A DNA stretch of 62,623 bases, the filler included, from Candidatus Aminicenantales bacterium (GTDB lineage: Bacteria > Acidobacteriota > Aminicenantia > Aminicenantales > UBA4085): the NCBI GenBank assembly GCA_049515535.1. It is 8 parts of 8 records of this genome, joined end to end, with 100 filler letters (N's around TTAATTAATTAA, not from the genome) between each part and the next. Parts side by side here need not be neighbours in the genome. Positions count along the whole stretch, not along the records: positions 44,275 to 52,756 come from JBEKTZ010000025.1; positions 52,857 to 57,804 come from JBEKTZ010000026.1; 6 more parts are not named here. The stretch is one strand, 5' to 3'. The first letter of the stretch is position 1. Each line of letters opens with the position of its first letter. Under the pieces are notes generated by a model. It did not search any database. It was not told the DNA's origin and saw only the letters and a list, made by a program, of their open reading frames with translations. The translations under genes were made by a program, and so were the position numbers. Shown piece after piece: positions 44,399 through 53,595 of the stretch.

Positions 44399-44619
44399 GT
44401 AATGAGATGACTGTCCCCGAAATTACACAGAGGATTTCGCAGCCATCCAAAACGATGATCCGGTCGTAGAGCCTGCTCCGCGTCCCTGCTGATCGGCAAG
44501 GAATGATCAAAGGATGAAGTCAAGGAATCAAAGTCTTCCAGCAGATCCAACCCTCCTGGTTCGCCCGCTTAGCTCAATTCCCTGAAACAGTCGGTATTCT
44601 CCCTTCCCCGAAAGGAGCG

Positions 44620-45738
44620 TCAGAATACGACTCCGGCGGCGAAGCTGATAGTCAGGCCTCCCAGGCCGGCCTCGTCTTCGAGCGGCTTGATTTTGATCGA
44701 GGTATACTTCACACGCGCATCGATTCCGAGGAAACGCCAGCGGGCCGTGACCCCCCCGCAGACCGCGAAGCCGAAACCCCATTTATCGACCTTCCCGATG
44801 ACGTTCTCCTCCGTGTATTTGCACACGGCCCCGCCAGCTCCGACGTAGGGCAAGACGTACCCGGACAGGGCATGAAAGACGACCATCGCGTCGATGGGAT
44901 AGAGCGTCATCGTCGTCTCTTCTTGAGTCACGGTCAACGCGCCCGTTTTTTTGAAAGCGCCGCCCTCCAAAGATACGAAAAATCCGTTCACAACATGAAC
45001 CCGGAATTCCCCGCCAAAAACGGATCCGCTGCCGTAGATCGATTTGAAGTTCTCATCGCTTGGCGAGAACGACCCATAGCGGCCGAAGATCATCATCGAG
45101 GGCCAACGGCCTTGGACCTCGGTCGCGGGGGCTTGAGGCGGAACAGTTTGTGCTGGAAGAGGAGTGACCGTCTGTACTGGAGGAGGGGTGACCGTCGGGA
45201 TCGCCGGTTTTGCTCCTCCGGGGCCGACGACATCGACAACGCTGTTGTGGATGTATCCGGATATCACCGTCCCCTTGTCATCGGTGACCGTGATTTCAAA
45301 CCAATCCCCGATTTTCTGGCGAAATTCAAGCTGCATGCCGAGATTCACCTGCTTGACGATGGCGCCGTTCATGTCCGGCTCAGCCCGGACATTCGCCACT
45401 TGGACCTTGACCCTCAACATGGGCGTTTCCTGAGATGGGGCGCCCGCCGCCGCTTTGGATCCGCCGGTGCCGACGACATCGACAGCGCTGCTGTTGATGT
45501 ATCCAGATATCGCCGCCCCCTTGTCATCGGTGACCATAATTTCAAACCAATCCCCGATTTTCTGGCGCGATTCAAGCAGCGCGCCGAGACTCACCTGCTT
45601 GACCACAGCTCCGTTCATGTCCGGCTCAGCCCGGACATTCGCCACTTGGACCTTGACCCTCAACGTTTTCATTTCCTGAGCGTGCAGCCCGACGGCTGCG
45701 ATGATGAACACAGCAAGGAAGATACTTATTTTTCTCAT
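44620..45738 (-). CDS. Tandem SH3b domains + Pro/Thr linker + outer-membrane beta-barrel
   Basis: Signal peptide; two ~65-aa repeats (ANVRAEPD...GDWFEI) 246 bp apart; alternating beta-strands and terminal Phe. Confidence 0.75.
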   Translation of the reverse strand: MRKISIFLAVFIIAAVGLHAQEMKTLRVKVQVANVRAEPDMNGAVVKQVSLGALLESRQKIGDWFEIMVTDDKGAAISGYINSSAVDVVGTGGSKAAAGAPSQETPMLRVKVQVANVRAEPDMNGAIVKQVNLGMQLEFRQKIGDWFEITVTDDKGTVISGYIHNSVVDVVGPGGAKPAIPTVTPPPVQTVTPLPAQTVPPQAPATEVQGRWPSMMIFGRYGSFSPSDENFKSIYGSGSVFGGEFRVHVVNGFFVSLEGGAFKKTGALTVTQEETTMTLYPIDAMVVFHALSGYVLPYVGAGGAVCKYTEENVIGKVDKWGFGFAVCGGVTARWRFLGIDARVKYTSIKIKPLEDEAGLGGLTISFAAGVVF

Positions 45739-45752
45739 GGGCTGTTCCTTTC

Positions 45753-47705
45753 CTATTTCACGACCGTACTTCTGGCGCTTTCCACGCCGCCTTCATTGAC
45801 CGACGCGACGCCGAACGTCTGCGCCCCCTTGGGGAGCCTTCGGATCCAGCAGGCCAGCGTGTTTGCGGGGAGGTCGCCGATGTAGACCCAACTGTCTCCC
45901 ACCACTTGATAAACGCGGTACGCCACGATGTTCAGCCCGGCGTTGGCCGTGTTGGCGTTCCAGCTCAGGGTGACGATGTACTCGGTCTGGGTCACGGAAC
46001 GATTCGTCAAGCGGACGGCCGTCAGGTTGGACGGGGGGCTGACCAGCTTGAAGTTTGCCGTCACGTTCTTGTTGCCGTCCACGTGTATGGTTATGGGATT
46101 CGCCGTGCCGCTGGCGTCCCCAGCCCAGCCCAAAAAGACACAGGATTGATCTGGCAAAGCGCGGATCGGGACATCGGTTCCGGAGGGGTAAGTATACGTC
46201 CCCGGGACAGGATCGGTTGTCCCGCCAGAACTCGCCTGAATAGTCAGCGTATTACCTGTGGTTCCGGTAAAGGCCTTGATGCAACAGTTAAGGCTGTAGG
46301 TGTTGCTCGAGTAGGTGTATAAATCCATCCAAGCTGACCCATCAGTGCTATAAAAGCTCTGGCCGGCCGCATTCGTTGCCCCAGATGAGTAGTTCTGAAA
46401 TTTGGCTTCTACTGCAATCGGATTCTTATAACTGTTATTGACGAATTTGATAACCACGGAGAATCTATTGCCGGCTGCGAGGCTGACGGGAGCCGAAAGA
46501 TCGGTGGTGAGATAGGCAGGATAAGAGAACGAAGCAGTTCCAGAGGCGGCTAAGGTCCCGCTCGTTGGATTTGTCGCAGTCGGGTTTTTATAGATATAGT
46601 AATTGACGTTGCAAGCATCTGTCGTGTAGTAGCTTATAGCCTTGAGCGGGTCGTTTGTTGTGGCCGTGAAGATATTCGCACCCCAAAGGGTGGCCGAACT
46701 TCCGCCCCAATCAGTACAGTGGCCAAACTGGTCATACTGATAAATATTTTTATAATTATCGGCGGGCTGCACAGAGGAGTATACGGCAAGATCGTTGATC
46801 GTTTTGTCCTCGTAGGACATCCAGAAATAGCCGGCATTATGATACGACGTCCCCCAACTGTTCCTACAGAGCCACGCGCCGTTATTAGTAGGCGTCGTTG
46901 AGAATTTCGTCTTAGCGAAATTATCGTCCCATCCTATGATGTCGATTTCATGGTCGGTGTCGTGTGCCGCGGGATAGTAATAGGCATAATTCGCGGCATT
47001 ATAGTAGGCATCAGAAGAATTATCATTGTATGCTATTCTGCCGTCAGCAAAGAAGGCAAACGAGACAGCCCCGTATGAGGAAGATGTGAGAAACGCTTTG
47101 ATCGTGTCTTTGTCGTTCGGCAGCCAAACGACCCTCTGGACATGTTTCTGGACGGCCGCGCTTCCCGCCCCGGGCCAAGACCCAGTAGACGAATAGGGAT
47201 AGGGGTAATCGGTTTCGTTATAGGGGCCGTCCCACCGGGCAAAATAGGCCGCGGCCATGTTGCTACCTCCTCCCTGGCATTCCGCGTTGTCAAAGCCATG
47301 ATATTTATTGAGATGCTGTTCCGCGAAGTTCCTGCTTTCCGTCGGCAGTAGGGAAGATTCGATCGAGCCCATGTTTGAGAACGCCCAGCAGGCGCCGCAT
47401 TGTCCCTGGTCCCTGATCGGATTCACTTTGTTGTAAGTCCTCAGGTCATACGAAGCCGGAAAGCTTCCCGCCGCCGAAGGGGGCGCTATCGCCTTGAAGA
47501 GAGAATGATCGACAGGGCCGGGAACATAGCCGAACTTCGGATTCATATAGAACGTTCCCGCCCGCGTTTCTTCGTTCATCTTGAGGAAAGCGGGGTTTAA
47601 CGGCGCCATTCTAAACTCGGAATCATTCTGAGCGTGAAGGAAAAGAAAGCCCAGGCTTCCTGCCAGAAGAAGGCAAAAACACAACATCCCGATTTTAATT
47701 TTCAT
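45753..47705 (-). CDS. Secreted papain-family (C1A) cysteine peptidase with lectin-like, repeat and FN3-like C-terminal domains
   Basis: YDLR, DQGQCGACWAF (catalytic Cys), DHEIDIIGW (His), RNSWG (Asn), NIYQYD. Confidence 0.9.
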   Translation of the reverse strand: MKIKIGMLCFCLLLAGSLGFLFLHAQNDSEFRMAPLNPAFLKMNEETRAGTFYMNPKFGYVPGPVDHSLFKAIAPPSAAGSFPASYDLRTYNKVNPIRDQGQCGACWAFSNMGSIESSLLPTESRNFAEQHLNKYHGFDNAECQGGGSNMAAAYFARWDGPYNETDYPYPYSSTGSWPGAGSAAVQKHVQRVVWLPNDKDTIKAFLTSSSYGAVSFAFFADGRIAYNDNSSDAYYNAANYAYYYPAAHDTDHEIDIIGWDDNFAKTKFSTTPTNNGAWLCRNSWGTSYHNAGYFWMSYEDKTINDLAVYSSVQPADNYKNIYQYDQFGHCTDWGGSSATLWGANIFTATTNDPLKAISYYTTDACNVNYYIYKNPTATNPTSGTLAASGTASFSYPAYLTTDLSAPVSLAAGNRFSVVIKFVNNSYKNPIAVEAKFQNYSSGATNAAGQSFYSTDGSAWMDLYTYSSNTYSLNCCIKAFTGTTGNTLTIQASSGGTTDPVPGTYTYPSGTDVPIRALPDQSCVFLGWAGDASGTANPITIHVDGNKNVTANFKLVSPPSNLTAVRLTNRSVTQTEYIVTLSWNANTANAGLNIVAYRVYQVVGDSWVYIGDLPANTLACWIRRLPKGAQTFGVASVNEGGVESARSTVVK

Positions 47706-47783
47706 ATTCCCCTCCTTAAAATTCGGACTAACAAGATATTAATAATAATAAAGAATAAATGTCAACGCAAAATACCATGGCCA

Positions 47784-48233
47784 TCAACCTCTCACAATGA
47801 GTATGGGAATGCTCGTATCATTGTGGATAACACCATAGGAAACACTGCCAAGGACCGTGGCTGATAAGGCGCTCCTTCCATGGGAGCCTATGACAATAAG
47901 GTTGGCCTTTGACCTCTTAGCCTCTTTCACAATCTCCTCTACAGGATGCCCCACTTTTATAGAAATCGTCGATGCGACGCCGCTTTTATCGCACAGTTTC
48001 TTTATTTCTCCGGTATATCCTTCGGCGGCCTCTCTCAGATAATCCTCAATAGGCTCTATTGTGTGCCTGGCTGTCTCCGATGCGGGAACTGTCTGGGCTA
48101 TGAGTGAGCGCTGATCAATAACGCTCAGGGCGATAATTGAGGCTTTCAATTGTTTGGCGAGGTCAACCGCATACTCGGCTGCTTTTTGAGCTGTTTTTGA
48201 CCCATCTGATGGCACAAGAATTTTTGAAATCAT
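47784..48233 (-). CDS. Universal stress protein
   Basis: KILVPSDGS, GHP, LIVIGSHGRS...LGSVS; TTGACA-N17-TATACT promoter at 48310-48338 (-). Confidence 0.93.
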   Translation of the reverse strand: MISKILVPSDGSKTAQKAAEYAVDLAKQLKASIIALSVIDQRSLIAQTVPASETARHTIEPIEDYLREAAEGYTGEIKKLCDKSGVASTISIKVGHPVEEIVKEAKRSKANLIVIGSHGRSALSATVLGSVSYGVIHNDTSIPILIVRG

Positions 48234-48482
48234 ATATTCACCTTTAATCATCAAAAAAGGGGGTAAAGCCGTATGCGCTGATTGATAAGAGCTTCCTTTT
48301 CACGGTTCGAGTATATGAAGAGGGATTTCATGTGTCAAGAGAATGTTGACCGTATCCAAAACCTCTGGATCTGGCGGCCGATACCTCAAAGAACTGTGCG
48401 GCCGGCGGACGTCCCCGCTTCACTTCTAATCCAGCAGCCTCTTTATATTTTATTCTGGCCATTCGAAACCTATCCTGGCTTC

Positions 48483-49165
48483 TCAATCAATCGGCCAGGA
48501 GGGGATGAGCGCGTCGATCTTGGCCATCAGGCGGATCGTCTCGTTGAGCGCGATGACGATCTTCTGGTAGTGCTGAATGTCGTCGTAGGAAAGCTTCCGG
48601 CCTTTACGATCCTTGAGCCATTTCTCACAGACCTGGTAGCCGCCGATGTGAAATTCCCAGACCGCTTTGGGCACGCCGCTGAAATATTGGGTTTTATTTA
48701 TCCAGACTCGCTTGTCCTTGTCCGCGTATTGGACTTTTTCGACAACATTGTCGCCTTTTATGGGGAACCCGGTGATGAAATCATTAACTTTGGGCGATTC
48801 GAGGAGATGGAGCGCGACTAGCTCTTCGCCTTTGGCGGCGAGCGCTCGGAAGAGTTTGAGGCTGCTTGTCAGCGGCAGACGCGGAAAATCTATCTTCAGG
48901 AACTCGGCATAGCGCGTCCGATACGTCGGCGAATGAAACACCGCATACGCATAATTAAAAATATCTTCGGGGGGTGATCCCTTTGGGCAAGCCATGTGCC
49001 TCTTCCTGCGGCAGCTTGAGCTTCTCTGCCACTGCCTTTAAAAATACGTGATTGAAGTTGGGGTGACGATCAGTTTTGCTACGAAGTTCACCTTGGTCAG
49101 CAACTCCAGCAGGATATATATAGAGAGGAAAAAGACAAGATTGAGTTGTAGCTTCAGCACACTCA
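48483..49165 (-). pseudogene. Type ISP restriction-modification enzyme, frameshifted C-terminal remnant
   Basis: FPLYIYP...PNF...HGLPKGITP / extra C in C6 run (48969-48974) / EDIFNYAYAVFHSPTYRTRYAEFLKIDFPRLP...WEFHIGGYQVCEKWLKDRKGR; no N-terminal domains. Confidence 0.8.
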
Positions 49166-49507
49166 ATTCATGGTTGTATTTTTTCCCACATGATGGAGAT
49201 TTCAGATTCTATACCCCTAAGAGAATTGATAAAACACTTACAGAAATTGGTTTGAAGAATACTCGATACCGCAGAATAGGCATCAGAGCCTATATAATAA
49301 CAGGGGAGAAAAAATATTAAAGGCTGATATCAAATATCCATGGTAAACATACGTAGAGCTTGTAAAAAAAACATTTCTGCTTTTGCCGCCGTGGACCGGA
49401 TCATCGATCACCTGAAGCTGCCGTTTGTGGCAGAGAAGCCACCGCCGGACGGCCTCCTTCGCGGCCATCTTTACGCTTCGATTTCGATATGCTAAGATCT
49501 TTTCACC

Positions 49508-49792
49508 ATGAACGCGCGGGCGCATATCTTTCTCTCGGGCCGGGTCCAAGGCGTGAATTTTCGCGGCTATACGCATCGTTGGGCTAAGGAACTCAGCCTC
49601 GGCGGCTGGGTCCGGAATCTCTATGACGGCCGCGTGGAAGTCGTTGCCGAAGGAGAGAAGACGAACGTCGAAGCCATGATCGACCGGATGAAGGGCGGCC
49701 CGCCCAGAGCCCGCATCGAAAGCATGGACGTGCGCTGGGAGGAGTTCAGCGCGGAATTTCAAGAATTCAGCATCGCCTGGACGGATTTTTAA
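49508..49792 (+). CDS. acyP: Acylphosphatase
   Basis: SGRVQGVNFR, GWVRN.YDGRVE, GPPRA. Confidence 0.93.
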   Translation: MNARAHIFLSGRVQGVNFRGYTHRWAKELSLGGWVRNLYDGRVEVVAEGEKTNVEAMIDRMKGGPPRARIESMDVRWEEFSAEFQEFSIAWTDF

Positions 49793-49800
49793 AGCGGGAT

Positions 49801-49997
49801 CTAGTATCCCGTCTCTAAATTTCCTTATCAAATATCTCTTTGAGACGGGATACTTCCAGGGGGGAGTCAAGCTCCCCCCTCGGCGCTTCGCTGACCCCCT
49901 GAGGGGGAACCAATCCATTCCCCCTCAAACTCCCCCGGATGTTGTGCGTCTCCCTTGTCTGCTATTTAACCAAGGAACTTACGAGACGCACAACTAG
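49801..49997. mobile_element. MITE-like element family B, complete copy (197 bp)
   Basis: CTAG-bounded, imperfect terminal inverted repeats CTAGT-N5-GTCTC; inverted near-identical copy at 52630-52756. Confidence 0.75.
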
Positions 49998-50266
49998 CGG
50001 GAATTCCCGGCCTTTTCCAGAAACTTCGCCCGGCAGTCTTTCGAGCAGAAAAAATATTCCTTCCCTTTGATGACCTCGCGGATGGCTTCGTCCTTGGAGA
50101 TATAGGTTTCGCAGATTTCGTCTTTGACCATCGTCCCCGCAAGACTCGGTTTCGCTTTCGGGGAGATCTTTCTCCGGCCGAGATTCCGGAAGAATTTATA
50201 GATCACGAAGGCGACGTAGGCCAGGACCAGCCATCTCAGCAAGTTATATATTTCTTCGAAAATCAT
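49994..50266 (-). CDS. YHS/TRASH-domain membrane protein
   Basis: N-terminal TM; MVKDEICETYI...YFFCSKDC. Confidence 0.8.
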   Translation of the reverse strand: MIFEEIYNLLRWLVLAYVAFVIYKFFRNLGRRKISPKAKPSLAGTMVKDEICETYISKDEAIREVIKGKEYFFCSKDCRAKFLEKAGNSR

Positions 50267-50370
50267 GGAATCAAAACTCTAGACGATTTAAGAAGCGATG
50301 TCAATTTGCGGCCCGCCCCCCGGTTTCGCGGGGGCCTCTCGATGCGGTCGCCGTGGGGGGAACCGCGGCG

Positions 50371-51975
50371 CTAGAATTGAGTATGGTATTTAGACCAGAG
50401 ATCCTGGTAGAGCTTCTGGTAATCGCTCACCGCCTGACCGGCCGTTTTCAAGCTATAATCCGTAAGATATTGCCTGGCCTTGGCCGGGTCCTGTTGGAAA
50501 AGGGCCAGCGCTTCGTCCTCGATCCTCTTTTGGTCGGCGAAGGACCTATCCTCGATCGCCTTCCAGACTTTTTCTATGTCTTTGCTCATGTCCTGCCAGC
50601 GGAAATTGGCCAGCTTGCTGACCATCCGGAAGGACCACCAGGCGCAGTCGCTTTTATACCCCCACCGGCCGTCCACCATATAGGAGTCCGGCATTCTCGA
50701 GATGCCGCAGTAAAACGGCGTGTGCGGAGTGGTGGCCGGGTTGTCGTATCCAAGCCAGACGACGCCGCCGACGGGATCGGGCAGCCAGCCGCGGGACTGG
50801 GTGATTTGGAGATAGGTGGCCGCGGGCGAGCAGATCGTCCGCTCGGACTTCATCTTGAGCAGGTTCTTCAGTTCGTTGTTCAGGAACGGGCCGGCGATCG
50901 GGCTCTTGGTCATTTCGCCCCTGCGGTTGACCGAGATCAGTCCGGCGGTCATGTCGTAAGAAGTGTCGGCGTACGTGTCGCGGAAAATGGCCAGGAGATC
51001 CTGGACCGTGACTTTCTTCTCGGGCTTCACCGAGAACGGGTAATTCTCCGACTCTCCGTTCAGCCGGAGCGACGGGGCGAGCAGGCTCAGGACGCGCCAT
51101 TCGCGCCGGCGGCAGCCCAGGCTCGTCCGCGAGGTCGGCGCATAGGCGTAGCAGAATTCGAAAGGCTCGCCCGACTTCGGGTTCCAAAACCCTTTTTCGG
51201 CGGCGAGCGTCAGGACGTTGGCCGAGGCCAGGAAAAAATCCTTGTTCTTGAGGTCGAGCTTCCGGATGCGGCTGGCGTTGGCCGAGACGCCGACCTCATC
51301 GTCCGGCACCCGCTGGGCGGCCCAAACCGCGCCCTTGTTGCCCTTGCCCGGCCCGTAGATCTCGAAGAGCCAGACCTCTTTCGTGTCGGCGAAGGTGAAA
51401 CTCTCGCCGAAATCGTTGTAGCCGTATTTTCTGGTCAGTTCGTCGGCGATCTTGACGGCCTCGCGGGCCGTTTTGGCCCTTTCGAGGAGCAGCCGGTAGA
51501 GCTCGGGCGCGTCGATGATGCCGTCGCTCTTGAGCTCCATGCGTCCGCCGATCGTCGTCTCGCCGATCGCGAGCTGATGTTCGTTCATGATGGGGTAGGC
51601 GGCGTTCATATAGGCGAACGTCTGGGCCGGTTGTTCGATTTCGCCGGTCTCGATCCGATCCGTGTCCTCCGGACCCTTGGTCCGTTTGGGATCGTGATAG
51701 ACCTTCTCCAATTCGCCGGGTTTATGCGCGGCGCGGGGGACCATGGTGATCCATGTGCGGTCGGTGCCGCTGTCGCAGGAATGCGAGGTCATGGTCGATC
51801 CATCGAGCGAAGCGAGCCGGCCGACGTAGACGCTCGTGCAGCTGTCGAAAACGAGCTCCTCGGCGGGCTTGGGTCCGGCCGCGCCCGGGATTCCGGAGAC
51901 CATGAGCGTCGCGGCGGAAGCGACGACGATGAAAGCGGTCAAAAAGGAAATGATCTTGGCGAAGGGTCTTGTCAT
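50371..51975 (-). CDS. C69-family dipeptidase (Ntn hydrolase)
   Basis: Signal peptide, SCTS nucleophile, MNEHQLAIGETT, LERAKTAREAV, WAAQRVPDD, YPFSVKP. Confidence 0.9.
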   Translation of the reverse strand: MTRPFAKIISFLTAFIVVASAATLMVSGIPGAAGPKPAEELVFDSCTSVYVGRLASLDGSTMTSHSCDSGTDRTWITMVPRAAHKPGELEKVYHDPKRTKGPEDTDRIETGEIEQPAQTFAYMNAAYPIMNEHQLAIGETTIGGRMELKSDGIIDAPELYRLLLERAKTAREAVKIADELTRKYGYNDFGESFTFADTKEVWLFEIYGPGKGNKGAVWAAQRVPDDEVGVSANASRIRKLDLKNKDFFLASANVLTLAAEKGFWNPKSGEPFEFCYAYAPTSRTSLGCRRREWRVLSLLAPSLRLNGESENYPFSVKPEKKVTVQDLLAIFRDTYADTSYDMTAGLISVNRRGEMTKSPIAGPFLNNELKNLLKMKSERTICSPAATYLQITQSRGWLPDPVGGVVWLGYDNPATTPHTPFYCGISRMPDSYMVDGRWGYKSDCAWWSFRMVSKLANFRWQDMSKDIEKVWKAIEDRSFADQKRIEDEALALFQQDPAKARQYLTDYSLKTAGQAVSDYQKLYQDLWSKYHTQF

Positions 51976-52093
51976 GCGATCCTCTCTCGATTGGATTTTC
52001 CGGCGATCCTCTCTGCGGCGGTCGGGGCCCCCGCCTTGCTCGCGGATCCGTTTCCGCCGCGAAGACTCGTCCCTTGACGGCAGGAGCTGGTTT

Positions 52094-52597
52094 TCATGTC
52101 CCGTGGATGCTGATCATCTTCATTTGGCGGGCAAAAATCTTGGCTTCTTCCAGGTCGGTTTCATTCGGATGTGTGTTCGCCGACGCGGCCATTTCGATCC
52201 ACTCCTGGTGCTCGGGAGATTTGCCGATGACCTCCAGAGCCGATAACGAAAGCTTGCCCCGGCAGGCAAACGTCCCCAGCACTTTAGCCCTCGAGGCTAA
52301 AACGACCGCGTATTCGAGGGCTTCTCTCGACAGCTTATGTCCCGGCAAGGAGCCATGCGTGCAGAAGAGGGCGATTTTTTTGCCCGCGGGGATGCGCTTC
52401 AGGAACGTCTCGACCTTATAAGGGACGCTGTGAGATTGAACCGGAAACCCGATGAAGGCCAGGGAATATTCGGCGACGACAAGGTCCTCGTCCATGGGCT
52501 TGAGCTCCTTCTCGCCGTCAAGCGCTTCGAAGATCGTCTCGGCGACTTTTTTCGTGTTTCCGGTGCGGCTGAAATATGTCACCAGCGTTTTTTGCAT
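52094..52597 (-). CDS. Flavodoxin-family protein
   Basis: YFSRTGNTKKVAE, ALFCTHG, HPNETDL. Confidence 0.85.
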   Translation of the reverse strand: MQKTLVTYFSRTGNTKKVAETIFEALDGEKELKPMDEDLVVAEYSLAFIGFPVQSHSVPYKVETFLKRIPAGKKIALFCTHGSLPGHKLSREALEYAVVLASRAKVLGTFACRGKLSLSALEVIGKSPEHQEWIEMAASANTHPNETDLEEAKIFARQMKMISIHGT

Positions 52598-52629
52598 GGC
52601 CCTATTCTTCCATAGTTCGGGAAATATTT

Positions 52630-52756
52630 CTAGTTGTGCGTCTCGTAAATTTCTTGGTTAAATGGCAGGCGAGAGGGACGCACAACATCCGGGGGAGTTT
52701 GAGGGGGAATGGATTGGTTCCCCCTCAGGGGGTCAGCGAAGCGCCGAGGGGGGAGC
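52630..52756. mobile_element. MITE-like element family B, partial copy at contig end
   Basis: Reverse complement of about 49871-49997, with a few substitutions mostly in the terminal hairpin loop. Confidence 0.8.
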
Positions 52757-52856
52757 NNNNNNNNNNNNNNNNNNNNNNNNNNNNNNNNNNNNNNNNNNNN
52801 TTAATTAATTAANNNNNNNNNNNNNNNNNNNNNNNNNNNNNNNNNNNNNNNNNNNN

Positions 52857-53595
52857 CTTCTTCACGCTCGGGCTCCTCGTCTCGGCCCGGACGAACAAGA
52901 GCTCGACCAGCTTCCTGATTCTGCTCTTTATCTGGGTGACGTTCGTCACGATCATCCCCAAGGTCTCGGTCATGGCGGCCGGCCGATTGTACCCCATTCC
53001 ATCGGTCCATGAGATCACGGCTAAGAAAGACGCCTTCCTCCAGCAGATCCAGGGGATGAGCCAGAAACAAGCCATGGATTGGATCAAGGCCAATTCTCCG
53101 AAAACGCCGCAGGAGCAATCGGCTTTCCTGGAGAAATTGAAAAAGTATCTGGAAGATTTTCAGCAGGAACTGACCGCGAAAATCGACGCGAACAATGCCG
53201 CCCTCGAGCGCGATTACCAGACCCGGAAAAAATCACAGGAAATGCTGGCCATCAACCTCTCCCGGATTTCGCCCGCCTCGGCCTTGACGTTCTCCACGAT
53301 GAGCCTGGCCCGGACGGGCCTCGACGAGCATGAGAGTTTCCTGACATCCATTCGCGCCTACAAGCCGATTTTCACCAAATGGGCTAATTCCAAGATGATA
53401 AAGAGCATCGACTTTACCGGAACAGGCCAGACCGTAAAAGTCGTCCTGGACGATATGCCCATGCACAAGTTCGATTCCGAGTCGCTCAGCAAGTCCTTTT
53501 CCCGGACGCTGCCCGACTTCGGCTTGATGCTCTTTCTCATTATCATCTTCTTCGCCGGGGCCTATGTCTCCTTCCTCAAATACGACGTCCGATGA
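52857..53595 (+). CDS. ABC-2 type permease, 3' part (ends YDVR)
   Basis: LGLLVSART...LLFIWV..IIP, LSRISP, FLKYDVR*. Confidence 0.85.
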
